A stretch of 63,640 nucleotides of DNA, counting the filler, from Intoshia linei (Eukaryota; Animalia; Orthonectida), in NCBI GenBank assembly GCA_001642005.1. It is 5 parts of 5 records of this genome, joined end to end, with 100 filler letters (N's around TTAATTAATTAA, not from the genome) between each part and the next. Parts side by side here need not be neighbours in the genome. Positions count along the whole stretch, not along the records: positions 35,723 to 56,468 come from LWCA01000676.1; positions 56,569 to 61,094 come from LWCA01001942.1; positions 61,195 to 63,640 come from LWCA01002307.1; 2 more parts are not named here. One strand, written 5' to 3'. Made by a program: the position numbers and the translations under genes. The notes beneath the pieces are model-generated. The model did no database searches, had not been told where the DNA came from, and saw only the letters and a list, made by a program, of their open reading frames with translations. Shown here piece after piece: positions 49,101 through 63,219 of this stretch. Numbering within the stretch: position 1 is the first letter of the stretch; each line of letters starts with the position of its first letter.

Positions 49101-52100
49101 TAATTGAAATGTGGTCTTTAAAAAATTCTAAGAGTGGTTTTTATTTAAATAAAGCTGAACACACACAAACAAAAATCGCGTCGCATTTTATATAAGTTAG
49201 GATAAATACGCATGCCATACAACATACTTTCTTTTCCACTTATGTAGTACATAGCGAGCAGGGATTCTTATAATTATGATCAACAGGACATGCATAGGAT
49301 CGACGTCTCTTTTCCAGATAAATCAAGACTTAGTTATGGAATTCGGTATTCAAATTTGAAGTGTTACTTATTGAAGGGTCCAAAAGTATAAAATCAAAAT
49401 TTGAGAGAATAAAAATGGCCTAATATTTTAAGTGTAATCAAGAAACTAAAACCTACATTTATATCAACATTACTGTTAAATTCTGACATTACATGACTAA
49501 ACATCTACATCATAAAAATTTTGACTGGAAAACCCGATATGAAATATATAACCTACTCTCAAATTACCATATACTTGACTCGAATGATCCACTTCTATCT
49601 ATCAGATGTCAAATATTTCATACAATATAATTTTATCAAAATTTTTGTACCACAAAAATATACAATCATTATTGAATTTACGATAAAATGAAAAATAGAA
49701 TCATCAAACTTGCCTAATACATCAATTATAAATTGTCTGAAGTGGTTTTTGTTACACTGGTAAATGTTTGAAAATTTAAATTGTAGTTACAAACAACTTG
49801 TCCTCTCTAAAGAAAGTTTGCACGACACGCATGAAATAAATTAAAACGAAAGAAAATTGAATACCATTACTTAATTATAAATGTAATTATAATCAGTATT
49901 GCATATCGAACACTAATACTAAATACTAAAACAAAAATGATTATAATCATCAAAATAAAGAGTTATATTTATATACACAAAAAGAAAGGTAGAGCAAAAA
50001 ATTCAAATCACATTGACTAACAATGGCGAGGTTAAAGAGAAAAATTTTTCATGTGTAATTATACATGTTAAAAACTTTCAAAATTGATGAAATTTTGAGA
50101 TGCCCCAATATTGTATAATTAATAAAATTTTGGAAAATACCAAAACATACAAATACTGCTAGTTTGACGGGTTTAGGTCGGTGATAACTGGAGAACGTCG
50201 GCCTGTATGTGACCAACAACAATAACATAATTGAAATAACTAATTTTATTTTAAAATAAAAAAGTCAGCAAAAACCACAAACAGGTTAAAAATAAATGAA
50301 ATAGTGTACTTATCTATGTGATAATCGGTTCCAGATTTACATTCAGCAGTATAAGATGGATATATTATATATTTTCGATGGATTCCTTGACCAACAATTT
50401 CCTTCAAACAATCTTTACCAGAGTAAGGTGATACATTGAATTCATTATTCATATTATCCGGTGTGACCTATACAACTTTTATTTCAAGCATATTTCTTGG
50501 TATTTCAAAACTTTAGTGCAAGGGACTGGAAATACTTGATAGTAATCAATTTTATATCAAATTCAATAAATTTTTTATACAAAATTGAAAATGGCGTATG
50601 CAATAGTAAAATACTCACAAACCCATTAAATTTTGAAAATACGGTACATTAATTAAATGTAAACTGTAAAATAATTCAATAACCCACAAATACATGTTAT
50701 TGTTTACATTATAATCATTAAACTGTACTGGTTACTCAAAAATATAACTTTTGAAGATTGAATGATCACTTTTCGAAGGGGTTTCAATTAATGATACATG
50801 ATTTTAAACAATTTAAAATATTTTGATTGATAAACTATTTAATATTGATTGATATTTAATATCTCGACAATACGGAAAAAATATTATTGTCAATTTATGA
50901 TCATATTACTTGGTATATTTCGAGCAAAAATAACATTTTATAAGTTTATAATAGATAAAACTAAATTTTTTAAAAATAGCTTTGAAATTAATTTTTTTAT
51001 AATCCTTAATTAGATTTCATCTTTATTATCAAAATTTTAGAAACTAAATTTTTTAAAGTCGTCACTTTTGAAGCCGACTATTGCATCAGTTTCATTATAA
51101 TTATACTAATTATAATTACTTATTATAATAAGCTCATCAATTTTTTGATCATTGTTGATTAAAAATATTTTTAATTTTTGAAATGTAAAAATGTATTAAC
51201 TTATTTGCAATAATAAATTACAATTTAAACATACATGTATGTATTTAACATTAAATTAATATTATTTTCAATAATTTAAATCAATTAATTCTAACTCCTG
51301 TGTAAATTCAATCCAACCAATTTTTTTTGAAAAAAATATTTCATACAATATAAATTTTTTAAAATCCAATTGTATAATGTTCTACCTCAAAAAAAGTAAA
51401 CTTGTCGACGACAACAAATTTTAATGTAAAAGATACACTGTACCTATAAAAATTAAACGTTACCTTATTTATTATCATGGTAATACATTCAGCTAACCTG
51501 AGCCATAATCTAGGATTATCAGAATAAGATCGTAAAGCCATCTTTAAATATTTGAACGATTCGACACAATAACCATTATGAAAAAGAGAAATTCCAGTAT
51601 TATAGTTAATACGATCTTCCAAATCAATGTGTTCATATTTTATTGAATCACGATAGTACTCTAATGAAAAATATTAAACATTTTTGGCAATTAAATATAT
51701 TTATCCATAAACCCACTTTTACCTGCCTTTTTCTACAATATCACAAACAAATCTGATGCTATATTTGTTTTAATTTTAAGATCAGAGCCAAACCTACCAA
51801 TCTCGAGATCACCCGTAAATCAAAAATAGGCCATTAAAAATATTAATCTAATAATAGTCTCTAGCCACCTATTCAAAGGTCTTGACTTTATATTTCAATT
51901 CTCAATTTAGAAAAATAAGCCGTTTTACAATATTACGTTATTTCGTCAAGCCCCGAATATGGTATCGGTACTATAACTTCGGATCTGTCTAGCTCATAGG
52001 TTCGTAAACTTTTTCCACTCCTTAATTCAATAAAGTTGTATGTATGTAAATTTAATAAACTTATTAGGACTATTATTATTTTAAAAAAAGGGTAATCTGT

Positions 52101-53998
52101 GGTTTTGATTGTAAAAATACAGTTTTTTAGAGTAGCGGTTTATGATAATGTTTATGATTTTAAAAAAATTACAGCATGTATGTTTTATAAAATTCTAAAA
52201 CTTTTTCTTCTTTAAAAAAATGTAATTTGAGGTTTTGCCCATGAAGATGTAAGTTTCTGATATTGAAACTTACGACAATGTTAATGACTTTAAACGCGCC
52301 CCAAAATTTAAATTTTTTCAAATTTTTCAAAAAATGGACCAATTAAGTTTTTAAGCCCCAAAAAATTAATAAGGCCGTACCATTCTAAATAAATTTAATC
52401 TAATACAGCATGGCTTTTCATGGTGTAAATAATTTTATTAGGGTTGAATACAAAAATTTTAAATGATTAATATCAAATAAACCAGAGTTTCCCACAATTT
52501 TTTCATGGCGGAGGATAATAAATTATAAAATTTATCGCACACCATTTAAAATGAAATTACCAGGAAACATTAAAAAAAAATTTTTTTAAAATTTTCGCAC
52601 CGTTTATCCTATATTTGAAATTTCCAGATTAAAATAGGTTATCTTCAATAAATAAATGATAACATTTGTCAGTAAAAATTAAAATGTGGAATTTAGATTG
52701 AAATACAATTTATTTTTTTTCTTGGAAAATTTCCAAAGTCATAAAACTAAAATTAAAAATTGACCATAAATGAACAATATAGATTTTAATATTATTTCAA
52801 TAAATGACATTGATTTTTAAAAATTAATGTTACTCTCAAAATATCAATACATTCATTTAAAGTTTCATTTAAATAAAATTGTTATTGGCTGAAATTAGTC
52901 AGTAATGTAAAAAAAAATAAATAATAAACCAGCATCATGCTTCAATTTGAGAGATTCTTTGTAATTATTGAGTTTCATCGATTTACACAACTTGGCAGCA
53001 TAATTGAACTGAAGAATAGCAGTTTCAAACCTACCTAAAGCAGCAAAAACAATTCCATGATTATTAAGGCTAATAATTTTAAAATAATCATTATTAATAT
53101 GAGAAAAGGAATATTTTTGCATAATTTTAAGTGAGAAAAGAGGGTTAAAATTTAAAAGTTGCTTGTAAGCCAAAAGTTGAGAAATTACATAACAATTATC
53201 GTTTAAATCAAAAATTTTATCCAAATTTTTGCCATCTTCAATATAAAATCCAATACTGCGTAATCCTGAAAAAAACATTTCATCGCTTTTTTCATGTTGT
53301 TCTTCCGATAAAACTGCAATAAGTTTTAAATAAGAAATTTCAAAATTAATTTCAGTTTGAAGGTATCCAGTGCAAAGTTGAAATAAATCGGATGCAGAGT
53401 CAGTATCTGATTTATTTAAGGAATTAATGTGTGATTTTAAATAACTTTCAAATTCAAACATGTTTTTGTGAAAAGTGAGAAAATTATTGATGAGTAGCAG
53501 ACACTTGCATTTTAAAAGATAAAAAGCAACAATTAAATTTTGTTCCAACTCACTAATGAATGACAAACAACCGTCAATTAAAGTAATGCAAGTGTAATAG
53601 TGTAATAATTTGAAATGTTGAATCACTAAAACGTAAATAAAAGATGAAAATTCTAAACAATTCGGTACTCCATTACATAATTGTTCTCCCGTTTCTTTGT
53701 TGTATAGTTTAGCAATGTTTCTTACGTAAATGTCAAAATTTTTATTTGATAAACCCTCATTTGTACTCAGATTTTGTACATGTTCCATTTTTTCCAAATT
53801 TTGATAATAATCACACACATGTTTATTGAAAGTAATTGTACAATCGTCTTCATCTTTTATCAGGTTTGATATCAAATTTTTCGATTCCATGTAATTTCCA
53901 TTGTAAAATTTTTTTAATGTTTGATAAGACAAGTGGTATATATTTTCAGCGTTTGATTCAAATTCATCTTGATTATTTAAAGTTTCATCGTTCGACAT
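37150..53998 (-). CDS. CNOT10: CCR4-NOT complex subunit 10 (TPR protein), multi-exon; 3' end approximate
   Basis: LNNHGIVFAALGRF; INYNTGISLFHNG...YSDNPRLWLRLAECI; EIVGQGIHRKYII; FIPCRPAKP; YILLHLGDY; MYMAEAYMHIDKI; MLLNLSIMY; LIYLEI. These segments occur in the order expected for CNOT10. Confidence 0.9.
39983..40600 (+). pseudogene. hAT-like (DUF659/CGGBP-type) transposase fragment
   Basis: VLLTDAAAYML...VNKLITTL...RRKKFINIPVPP, with frameshifts. Confidence 0.7.
40774..41163 (+). other. Orphan 129-aa ORF of unknown, possibly viral, origin
   Basis: Intact, protein-like ORF that is more G+C-rich than its flanks. No TE or host motif recognised. Confidence 0.35.
41230..42330 (+). mobile_element. 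Ty3/gypsy gag-protease-RT(N-terminal) fragment
   Basis: Zinc knuckle ICNKCGRKGH; protease IEGKEVSCLVDTGSVASF...PILGLEFL; RT start EMLDNGIIELAKSQYGSSCLIVKKKNGSNRFCVDYR, where homology stops abruptly. Confidence 0.92.
42327..42932 (+). pseudogene. Endogenous picorna-like (Picornavirales) virus capsid fragment: VP3 C-terminus plus most of VP1
   Basis: Open frame with DYLEFAIPS (cf. VP3-end DDFEFAVP), SLYHLIKRW (cf. VP1 SLR.LLKRY/F), YLESIFKYIHGGFEVLI (cf. Y...YRFYRGG.R.K) and CEIPYS (cf. EVPYY), in the correct order and with plausible spacing. Confidence 0.75.
43740..45594 (+). mobile_element. Near full-length decayed pogo/Tigger element in a CNOT10 intron
   Basis: TIRs (T)AGTGGAATCTCGAT / ATCGAGATTCCACTG with TA on both sides. 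HTH motifs, IYNAD, ALLLLDNAPAH and FLPPNCTSILQPMDQ. Confidence 0.92.
46360..48660 (+). mobile_element. Decayed Ty3/gypsy element (gag, zinc knuckle, RT, RNase H, integrase N-terminus)
   Basis: FINRLYVQAEKCKFG...RLRD; CPAWSHKCSTCGSFSHFDHIC; LDLVSGFHQI, RMPLGL, VYMDDIII; GIGAVL, KEFYAVLW, TDHNPL; ADVLSR. Confidence 0.92.
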
Positions 53999-54655
53999 AA
54001 TTTTTACTTTTTCATTTATTATAAAATATTATAACTTTATTGAATTGATTAAACTAGCAACAAAATATAAAAAATTTGTAACAATTTATTTATCTATTTA
54101 TCATAAACTTTATAGTTCCTTTTTATTTTTATTATTTTCATTGAAAATTTTTGTAACGAGTTTAATTTCTTTTTATTCTCATTGATCACGTTGTATGTTA
54201 TATTCGATTGATTCGTGCTGAAACTTTCGTCTGCTGTTAAGTTATGTAATTGGTTGATGTTAGGTATATAAGTTTTTCACTTGTAAACTTAAACTTATAT
54301 CCTTAAAATTTATATCACACACCTTATTTACATTCCCAAATGGTGTTATAATTTGTTGTATTATAGTTGGAACTATAGCTAAAAATCGATCACTACGCCA
54401 ACAATCTAATTGTTTGATTTTATAATTCCACATCATCCGCTGTCTTGTCTATTCTTCTTGGAACTACTTGATTATGAATAAGAAATGAATTGTAAATATC
54501 ATACATTTGCCCATCAGGATCCAAAAACAATAAAAAACTAGCTCTTCTCTTTGCATACGAATCTACTTGAGGTTCATGATATAATGCTTTCGATAATCTT
54601 ACCCCAAACGTCTCCCAATAAATACTCCATTCGGATGACAAAGTTGACCACTCTG

Positions 54656-56064
54656 TCGTGAAAAATTTTATACCTACCAATTGAACGATAATTGAGATCA
54701 ATATAGAAACAGCATTACACTAACAAAACAAAGTAATTGAGCAGTGTATTTTAAGCCAAATTAAGTTTAGGTTAAATAACAGCGTGCAAAATGAACGAAA
54801 TTGTGCATTATTATAAGCCAAAATTATACTATACTATTTTAGTCACAAATATTGACTAAAATTAAATCGGTAGGTATAAAATTTTTCACGACGGATTGAT
54901 GTTATTCCAAAATTTTCGACCTACCAAAAAAAATTTTTTTACACATAATTCACTCTGAACTGAACTCCGAAAAATTTTACGGTAATTTATATCATAAATT
55001 TTATCAGTCTTTGATGAATAATACGTGCTTAAATAAATTCTCATATTACTGTTAAGCAGTGGTTCAACCGGTACGCCGAAAAGAAATTTGAGTTTATTTT
55101 GTAAATTTTATATTATACTTATCAAATCATTTTTATTTATTAAAACAAACTTCAAATGTTAATTTCTTTGATTTTACGATCGGTTTGATATCGACGGGAT
55201 TAAAATTATTGTTTAATTAAAACATCCTGTTGAGGAAATTTATTGTTATTTAAATGTGATCTTTGGAAATTTGATTTTTTTTATAATTCGAGCTGATTAT
55301 AAATTAGATAATTGTTTATCATTGCTCTGATTTAAATTTTCAATTAAAACTAATCTTGTCAATTCTTTAAAAACGTAATCTTCAGGAATTCTATCTTTTT
55401 TTACACATAGCTTAATTTAATTTTGAACGCATTTAGAACTAAATTAATTATTGTAGATATTTAATTAAAATATTTAAAAAATAAATCTTTTATTGTAAAA
55501 TTCGTTGCTGATTGATTTTTATACAACAAAAATAATTTTTAATTTTCAGGAATTATTTATTTATAGTATTTTTTTAATTATCTATTCTTCATAAACTGAT
55601 ATAATTTAAAAATCTTGCGTTGAAGCGCTAATAGTGCACGGTAAAATTTTTAAGAGTTCTTTATGGCCTGTTCAGAGTGAATTATGTGTAAAAAAATTTT
55701 TTTTTGGTAGGTCGAAAATTTTTCAATGATAACATCAATCCGTCGTAAAAAAAATTTTATGCCTACCGATTTAATTTTAGTTAATATTTGTGACTAAAAT
55801 AGTATAGTATAATTATTGCTAATAATAATGCAAAATTTATTTATTTTTCAAGATGAAATATAACCTAAATTAATTTTGGTTTATAATAATACACAATTTC
55901 GTTCATTTTGCAGGCAGTAATTTAACCTAAAATTAATCTGGCTTTTGTTTTGCTTGTTATGTGTGCTTATGTTACTGCTCAATTACTTCGTTTTGTTAGT
56001 GTGATGCTGTTTCTATATTGATCTCAATTATCGTTCAATTGGTAAATATAAAATTTTTCATAAC
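54656..56064. mobile_element. Foldback / non-autonomous DNA element with ~330-400 bp terminal inverted arms
   Basis: 54656-54985 is the reverse complement of about 55640-56064 (e.g. AATTGAACGATAATTGAGATCAATATAGAAACAGCAT). The end motif GTCGTGAAAAATTTTATACCTACC is repeated internally. Confidence 0.85.
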
Positions 56065-57517
56065 CCCTCACCTACTGAATTCCAAACATCCCCATCTACT
56101 TTCCACTTGTTGATCTGTTTTACCACTCGCCATTTCTCAGTTACTTTATAAATATCTTGACACAAGACGTTATATTTCTCTGGTTCTATGGTTAGATCAC
56201 CATTTTTCCAAGTGCTAATAGGAAGATATCCAACGTTAGACAATGTGATAGAGAACCAATGCTTATCACCGATTGGCATCAAAATCAATGGATGAATATT
56301 AAGTGGTGTTTATATCATTATGTACAGTTTAATTACATTAAAAATATACAATTTATTAATTCAATAAGGGTAAATATGAGAACATTTTATCTAATGTGCA
56401 AAAACGGAAATATTCCTTCATAAAGTAATATTTTATTGTTGACACTATGTAAACATTGGTAATAAAATNNNNNNNNNNNNNNNNNNNNNNNNNNNNNNNN
56501 NNNNNNNNNNNNTTAATTAATTAANNNNNNNNNNNNNNNNNNNNNNNNNNNNNNNNNNNNNNNNNNNNTTTGTTAATTGATATACTATTTTTTAATTTTA
56601 TAGTTTGTATACTAAAAAAATTTATATATTTAATTATAGACATTTTCACTACATAAAGTCGTTTTTTTATAACTAACGTCATGTTTTCAAAACGTAAGTC
56701 ACTTTTTTATAATTAACGTCACATTTTCAAATTGTTAAATAGTTTTTTCAAAAATAAAGTCAGACTTATTTATTGGTTACTGATGACGGGTTTCAGATTC
56801 AATTTGGTTAGCGGACTATATTTTTATTGCATTATGGTTATTATTTATACATCTAAAACGTTTTGGGCTATAAACCATAATTTAATAATATTAAAGGTTA
56901 TATTTCCACATCACCGAAAAAAATAAATAAAAATAATCAAGTTTAATGATATAATTACTAATTCAATTATTTCCATTACTATAGTTATACTACCAGATAT
57001 TTCTTATAAAGGTGACACGTGAAATTTTCAATAATTAATCGTGAATATTAGTCGTTTACAATGTTTAATGTATGTATTTGACTTTTATTAATAATATTAG
57101 TTTTTTAAATATTTTGAAACAAATACAATATTTACCACTAATTTTTTATCGATTCCCAACTTTAGCCCCAACAAACAAATCAAATATTATAGACTTGTAG
57201 TTATATATAGAAATTTTCTTATAGCTTTGTGATATATAATTAAAAAAATGTGGTGGTATTTAAATTTGGCGATATTGAAAATCATCACTGTATATTTTTA
57301 GTTTTTGATTACATTCTATATATAATATCAAAATAAATTAAATTATTCTATGCACTTTTATAATTCGGAACAAATGGTTGAGCAGTACTCAGTGAACACC
57401 GAATTAACTATTATTTTTTATACCTTCTAAAATATATGAATTGTAAATGATATTGTTATGGTCATAAACAAGTAGCCATATGTATAAAATCATATTAATG
57501 AATTTAAAAAGATATTA

Positions 57518-57783
57518 CCGTATTTTTCGGAGTATAAAGCGCACTCTATAAAAAATAATTTACAACACAAAATTCACATATAAGGCGCATTGGCGTATAA
57601 TTCGCGAAAAATTTTATTAAGAAAAGTTTTAAAAAAACAAGAGTTTCTATTAAAAATTAAGAATTAAATAATACAATATATAGTTAGAAAAAAATTTCCT
57701 TTGCAAAATCCTCATATAAGGCGCACTGGCGTATTCCTAATTTTTCATGTAAAAGGGTGCGCCTTATACTCCGGAAAATACGG
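57518..57783. mobile_element. pogo-type MITE
   Basis: TA|CCGTATTTTTCGGAGTATAAAGCGCAC ... GTGCGCCTTATACTCCGGAAAATACGG|TA. Confidence 0.88.
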
Positions 57784-58149
57784 TACTCAGTGTNATTTCC
57801 TTTGCAAAATCCTCATATAAGGCGCACTGGCGTATTCCTAATTTTTCATGTAAAAGAGTGCGCCTTATACTCTAGAAAATACGGTACTCAGTGCGTAATT
57901 AAAATTAAACATATTTAGATAATTTATTTTTTATATTATGTTGCGGTACTGTAAATAATTGACATGACTAATTGGAGGCAAAAATTTAAAAAGGTTAATA
58001 ATCCCTGATCCAGAGCAACAAACAATACTTTTAACTAGAACAGTCTATATAAAAATAAAAAATTAAAATTACCATCTAGTTAAAATTATAATTTTTATGA
58101 TTTGTAAAAAAGCACATATATTGTAATAATGTGATATAATAACCAGCTA

Positions 58150-59260
58150 ATATATTGTTTTTTTATGATACATTATAACGTTTATATAATCCTTATGAAC
58201 AAAAAATTTTTTTATTTTGTATTTAATAATTATTTTAATTAAGAGAAAACTAAATGTCTGTTTGTAGTCATTTAAATGAGAAAGAATGAGACGAAGAGTT
58301 TTAAAAATAAAAATTAAACTTTTTTTTAAAAATACAATTAATCCTAGAAGTTTAAAAATAAAACATTTGATTTCATCTACTGTTAACTCTTCTAATTCTT
58401 TACAATTATAATTATTCTGCTCTGCAATTTTTAATTTAGATAATTCCAAAAAGTCATAATGGTAAGATTTTAATTAGACTAATTGTTCTTTCAAAATAGT
58501 TTCTTTAATAGTAATATGGTCAAATAGATCATTTGAACCGTTTATAGGAAAAGTTTGGTATTTATAAAGCAATTTGTTATTGTTGTGAAACTAACTCTAT
58601 TTCAAGCTTCCACAGAATAAAAAATGCCATCTAGTATTGACATGCTTTGTATATCTTTTATTAACAGTTTTTTTTGGTAATGATATTTCGAATAAAAATT
58701 TGTTAGTAGATACATTTAAATGACCAAATTATTCTTTGGTTGCATGGCTGTAAAGTCGATGTAGTATTAGCAGGAAGAAACATGATGTTAATGTTAAATA
58801 ATTTAATTTCATAATGACAAGTCGTTTTATCTATCAGGAGTAAAATTTTTTGAGAAAGTTCATAAAATTTATATTTAGAATATTTATATATTCTGTAAAT
58901 ATGTTTTTAGTCATTTATGCTCTTTGACTACTTTTATAAAAAACAGGTGATTCTTGATATTTGTTATACGAAAACATCGAGGGTTAACACTTTTGCCAAT
59001 AAATAATGATTTGATTTTTTCGCCCATTGTACTACAGCACAATAAAACTGTTATTTTTTTTTTATTGTCTTTTATTTTTCTTATAGGGTCATCAGTTATT
59101 ATAATATCACTTTTGGTTGGTAATTTGTTATAGAATAATGTTGTCTCATCAGTATTATAACAATCTCTTTAATCATATTTTATTAATTTATTGTTTAATT
59201 TTATTACAAATGTATCAATATAATTTTGACTAGTTTTTTGATTTGTTTTAGACAATGTCT
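58150..59260 (-). pseudogene. pogo/Tigger DDE transposase remnant
   Basis: YNTDETTLFY...KITVLLCCSTMGEK...FIGKSVNPRCF...KILLLID...FLPANTTSTLQPCNQ. Confidence 0.85.
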
Positions 59261-62113
59261 TATATTTGATGTTATAACGTAAAAATATAAAAAAGTAATA
59301 TAAATACGTATAAATAAAGTGTTAACTAGTTACATAAATTAAACGGATACAATTAAGATTTAAAGCTGATTTGGTCATAATAATGATCATGGAGAGCCAG
59401 CAGTAGGCCCGAGCTTGGTGGAAAGTATAGGTTTCTATAAAAATTTATTTTATAAAATGTATTTGCCATTATGTGATATTATTTGTCATTAAAAAAAATT
59501 TGAAGGAATTAAAATAAAAATAAAAAATATCAAATACTGTAATTAATTGTGGTAGAATATAAAAAAAATAATATTCTGATAAAGCCATTATAGTTAATCT
59601 AAATACAAACTATTTTTTTCTTAGCTAATGCAACAATTAAAAATGTAAATTTGATATATTCAATTGGCGAGTCCTATTTTGTGTGAAAAATTTATATCAT
59701 TAATTTATCATATAATGCACCTTTAATAGACCAAAATTGACAATCCTTAATTTTTTTTTGTTTTATATTTTGATTCTGATTTCTTGAAAATTCTTTGTAT
59801 ACATATAAAGAATCACTTACTTCCTAATATTAAATGATTAACAGATCAATAATTACTAGACTTATTTATTTATTATTTAATAATTACTGTGTAAGACCGG
59901 TAATTTTTCTAAACAACTGTATCATAATTTTCTATAATTATTATTATACATAAAGATATGATACATATATAGGGACACAAGTTTAGTAAACACTCCTTGA
60001 AGAGATTGATTATAATGACTAACAAATTAAGTAAAATTTTACTATTGAATTTATTTTATTGATAGAATTATATAAGTTCGCGCTCGTTGATCATGATGAT
60101 ACGAAGTACATAAAAGTTAATCTAGTATTTGATAAAATTCTGCAAGATAATGTATTAGTTTTAATCATAATTATGATCGAATATTTTAATTTTACAAAAA
60201 TATCCATTTGAAATTTACGATAATAAATTATGGAATGATAATATCGCAAACTATAGAAGTGTATTTTCTAAATACATTAAAATGTTATTTTTATATTGAT
60301 ATTTGCAGTTCTATATAAAATTTAACCAGAAATTGGATAATTTTGTTTAGAATATGAACAAAATTGATCGTAAGGCACAGTTCAACATCTTTGAGTTAAG
60401 CAATTTATTTGCATTTATTTTTTTTAAATTAAACTATTAAAATATGTAGACATTTAAATAATATGTTTAAATTAAGATTATTAACTGTCTGATATTAAAA
60501 TAATACATTAATATTTAATATAAACCTTGATTATTAATTATTATACAATTGATTATTCTCACAACGATATATGTGATTTATGTAATGTTAATAAAAATAA
60601 AAGAATTTACTAAAATTCAATTATTTTTTAAAAATTATTACCACTCTCATTTGTATTAGTCACTAAATTACAATTAAAAATTGATTATAATACATGATTA
60701 ATAATAAATCGTAATTTAAAAATTACAATCTTTATATAATTGCAAATTATATTAGATATAATTTTGAAAAAATTCTGCAGGATATTATATTTGTGATAAA
60801 ATTACCGCCTATAGTTTAACCTTACAGAAACAGTAATTTATTTTAACAACTATAATATATAGAACGATGAAACTGAAATAAATATATGAGAGTTGTACGA
60901 TGTAATTAAAACTACATATATTTTAATATAAGTTTACATAAAAAAATTTTGTACATGTAAATGATTCCAATCATTATTATACAATTTTTAATAAAACTTT
61001 TACTAACCTTCTAAAAAAATCATATTATTATATCAAAAATTATATATTAAACAATTTGAAATTTTTCAAATATCTATATGTGCCATATTATTAANNNNNN
61101 NNNNNNNNNNNNNNNNNNNNNNNNNNNNNNNNNNNNNNTTAATTAATTAANNNNNNNNNNNNNNNNNNNNNNNNNNNNNNNNNNNNNNNNNNNNTCCCAA
61201 TAATCAACTCTTTCGATAATTCTTTAATTCTTGGAGAATAGTTCCAAATCTTGTGTAATCGATCAAGATCTAGAGAGTTCATATTACTTTTTTTTATATA
61301 AATGTGTTTAAAACGTTAATAATTGAATTTCAACATGGGACATTTAGATTTTCATATTTAAAATAAATTTATCGTTATATAAATGTTAGTATTTTTAAAT
61401 TTGACCAATATTACAAAGACCACTTTTTAAGGAAAAACACCCTGTGAGGTTAAATATTAAAATTTTTATGTGCAAATTTGGTATATGTCTTAGTGGGTCA
61501 TACATTAATCATATCCATCTTTAAAAAAAAAGAAATGGCGCCAATTAAGAAAAAGGGGAAAAAGCGCGCGAAAACCTTAAAATTCAAAAAGGGTACACAA
61601 TTTTATGGTCATTTTTTTTAAAATTTTATTTTTAAGGGTTTTAAAGTACCCTCTTCAAGGTAGGGGTGGATTTTTTTCGAATCGACAATTTTGTAAAAAA
61701 TGAACAGCCCTAATATATATACTATATATTGTATAAGTTAGGATAACTTCTAGGATAGCTTGGTTAATCATAATCATTAATATATTATACAATCCCTAAA
61801 AATTTTCTTTTTTGACAATCGGTCCATAGTGAAACAAATTTTTTCTAGGATTCATGTTTTTTATCAAAATTTTTTAAGTTTTCTAATTATAATTTTATTG
61901 TTTTTGAGATTTTACACTCATTGCCTTTCATAAATGGTAATAAATATTTACTTTTAATGTTTAAAATTAAAAAAACCGCAAACATAAGCTAGCTAATGTT
62001 TGCATGAAGTACATAAGAGTTAAGGTAATATGAATATATAACAGATGAATCAATATATGTATAGTATATACGTGTTTCATTTATAAAAATATTTTAACAG
62101 TATCACATCGAAT

Positions 62114-63219
62114 ATGACAAAAATTGAATTAAGTTTTGATATGTTTTCGGCTTATTCTTACTTAGCCTTTGTGGTATTTTTATTTAATTTCATGTATAAT
62201 AATTGTTTTAAGCAATTGACTCAATGCCAAGGAAAATGTAAATCCAAATTCGAGTTAGTTTATACCCCAGTGAATTTGATGATGCTATTCAAGGAATCTG
62301 GTAAACTAAAAAAAATATCTAATAAATAATAGCTATGCATATTATGAAATTATAATACAGCAAATATTAGGTAACGTGGCACCAATATTGTGTGGGAATA
62401 AAAAAAAGTACATTGGTGTCGATTTAAAACGAGAATTTAAAAGACATAATGTTGATTACAATGAAGATATGAAAGTATGAATGACTTAATTATTATAATA
62501 TTTAATACGACAATAATTGACGACAATTAGAATTTTCAAAAAGTAATGATGAATTCAGCTATAAATGCAAACTATTTGGTATTACATGCAATTAATTCAA
62601 AGTTTGACAAATTGGAAGAGTTGATTAAAACAATTTGGGATAAATTTGTCGCAAAGGTAATTTTTACTACAATTTATATCAACTTAATTACTTTTTATTA
62701 ACTATTTTTATATTAATTTTCAAAAATTTAGACATATAATCATTTTTTTAAATATTACGTTTTAGAGTGTTGACATTTCAGATATTAGTGAATTACAAAA
62801 GGTAATATTAAATCAATAAATGAATACAACTTTATAGTATCTTTAAAAAGTAAATATAGTCATCACCCTTTAATTTTATGATTTAGTTCAAATATAATAA
62901 CTTTTAAAATCAAAGTACTAGGACCGATGCTAGTTTTAAGTCTAGAGGCATTTAATATATTAGCGCTGGGTGAAATAAATATGATACATTTTCGCATAAC
63001 GTACATGTCGGTATATTTATACAGGACCCAGCATGATGAGATATTTTGTGTTCATTTATGATAAATAACCTGCGTTAAGTGAGGGTTATAGTAATTAAAA
63101 CATTATAGATTGCTAATGAAGTTGGATTTCTTCAAAATGAATCATTAAACGATATAATCAAAAAAGGAGATCTAGATAAACAATTAACTGAAAATACCAA
63201 AAGAATTTGCCAACTTGGT
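62114..63219 (+). CDS. GSTK1: Glutathione S-transferase kappa / DsbA-like protein, 5' exons (gene continues beyond the last visible exon)
   Basis: MTKIELSFDMFSAYSYLAFV|...YTPVNLMMLFKESG|NVAP...KKKYIGVDLKR|...|DISD...|...QLTENTKR matches the GST-kappa N-terminus (D..SPYS.L; SGN.PP). Confidence 0.8.

Noticed and set aside
57695-57895. ~100-bp direct duplication of the MITE right end
   Set aside because: The two copies are separated by a single N and differ by a few bases, which is typical of an unmerged allelic contig overlap.
59300-61095. Long AT-rich stretch examined for hidden exons or RNA genes
   Set aside because: No recognisable coding motif, tRNA/rRNA/snRNA structure or clear repeat that I can support.
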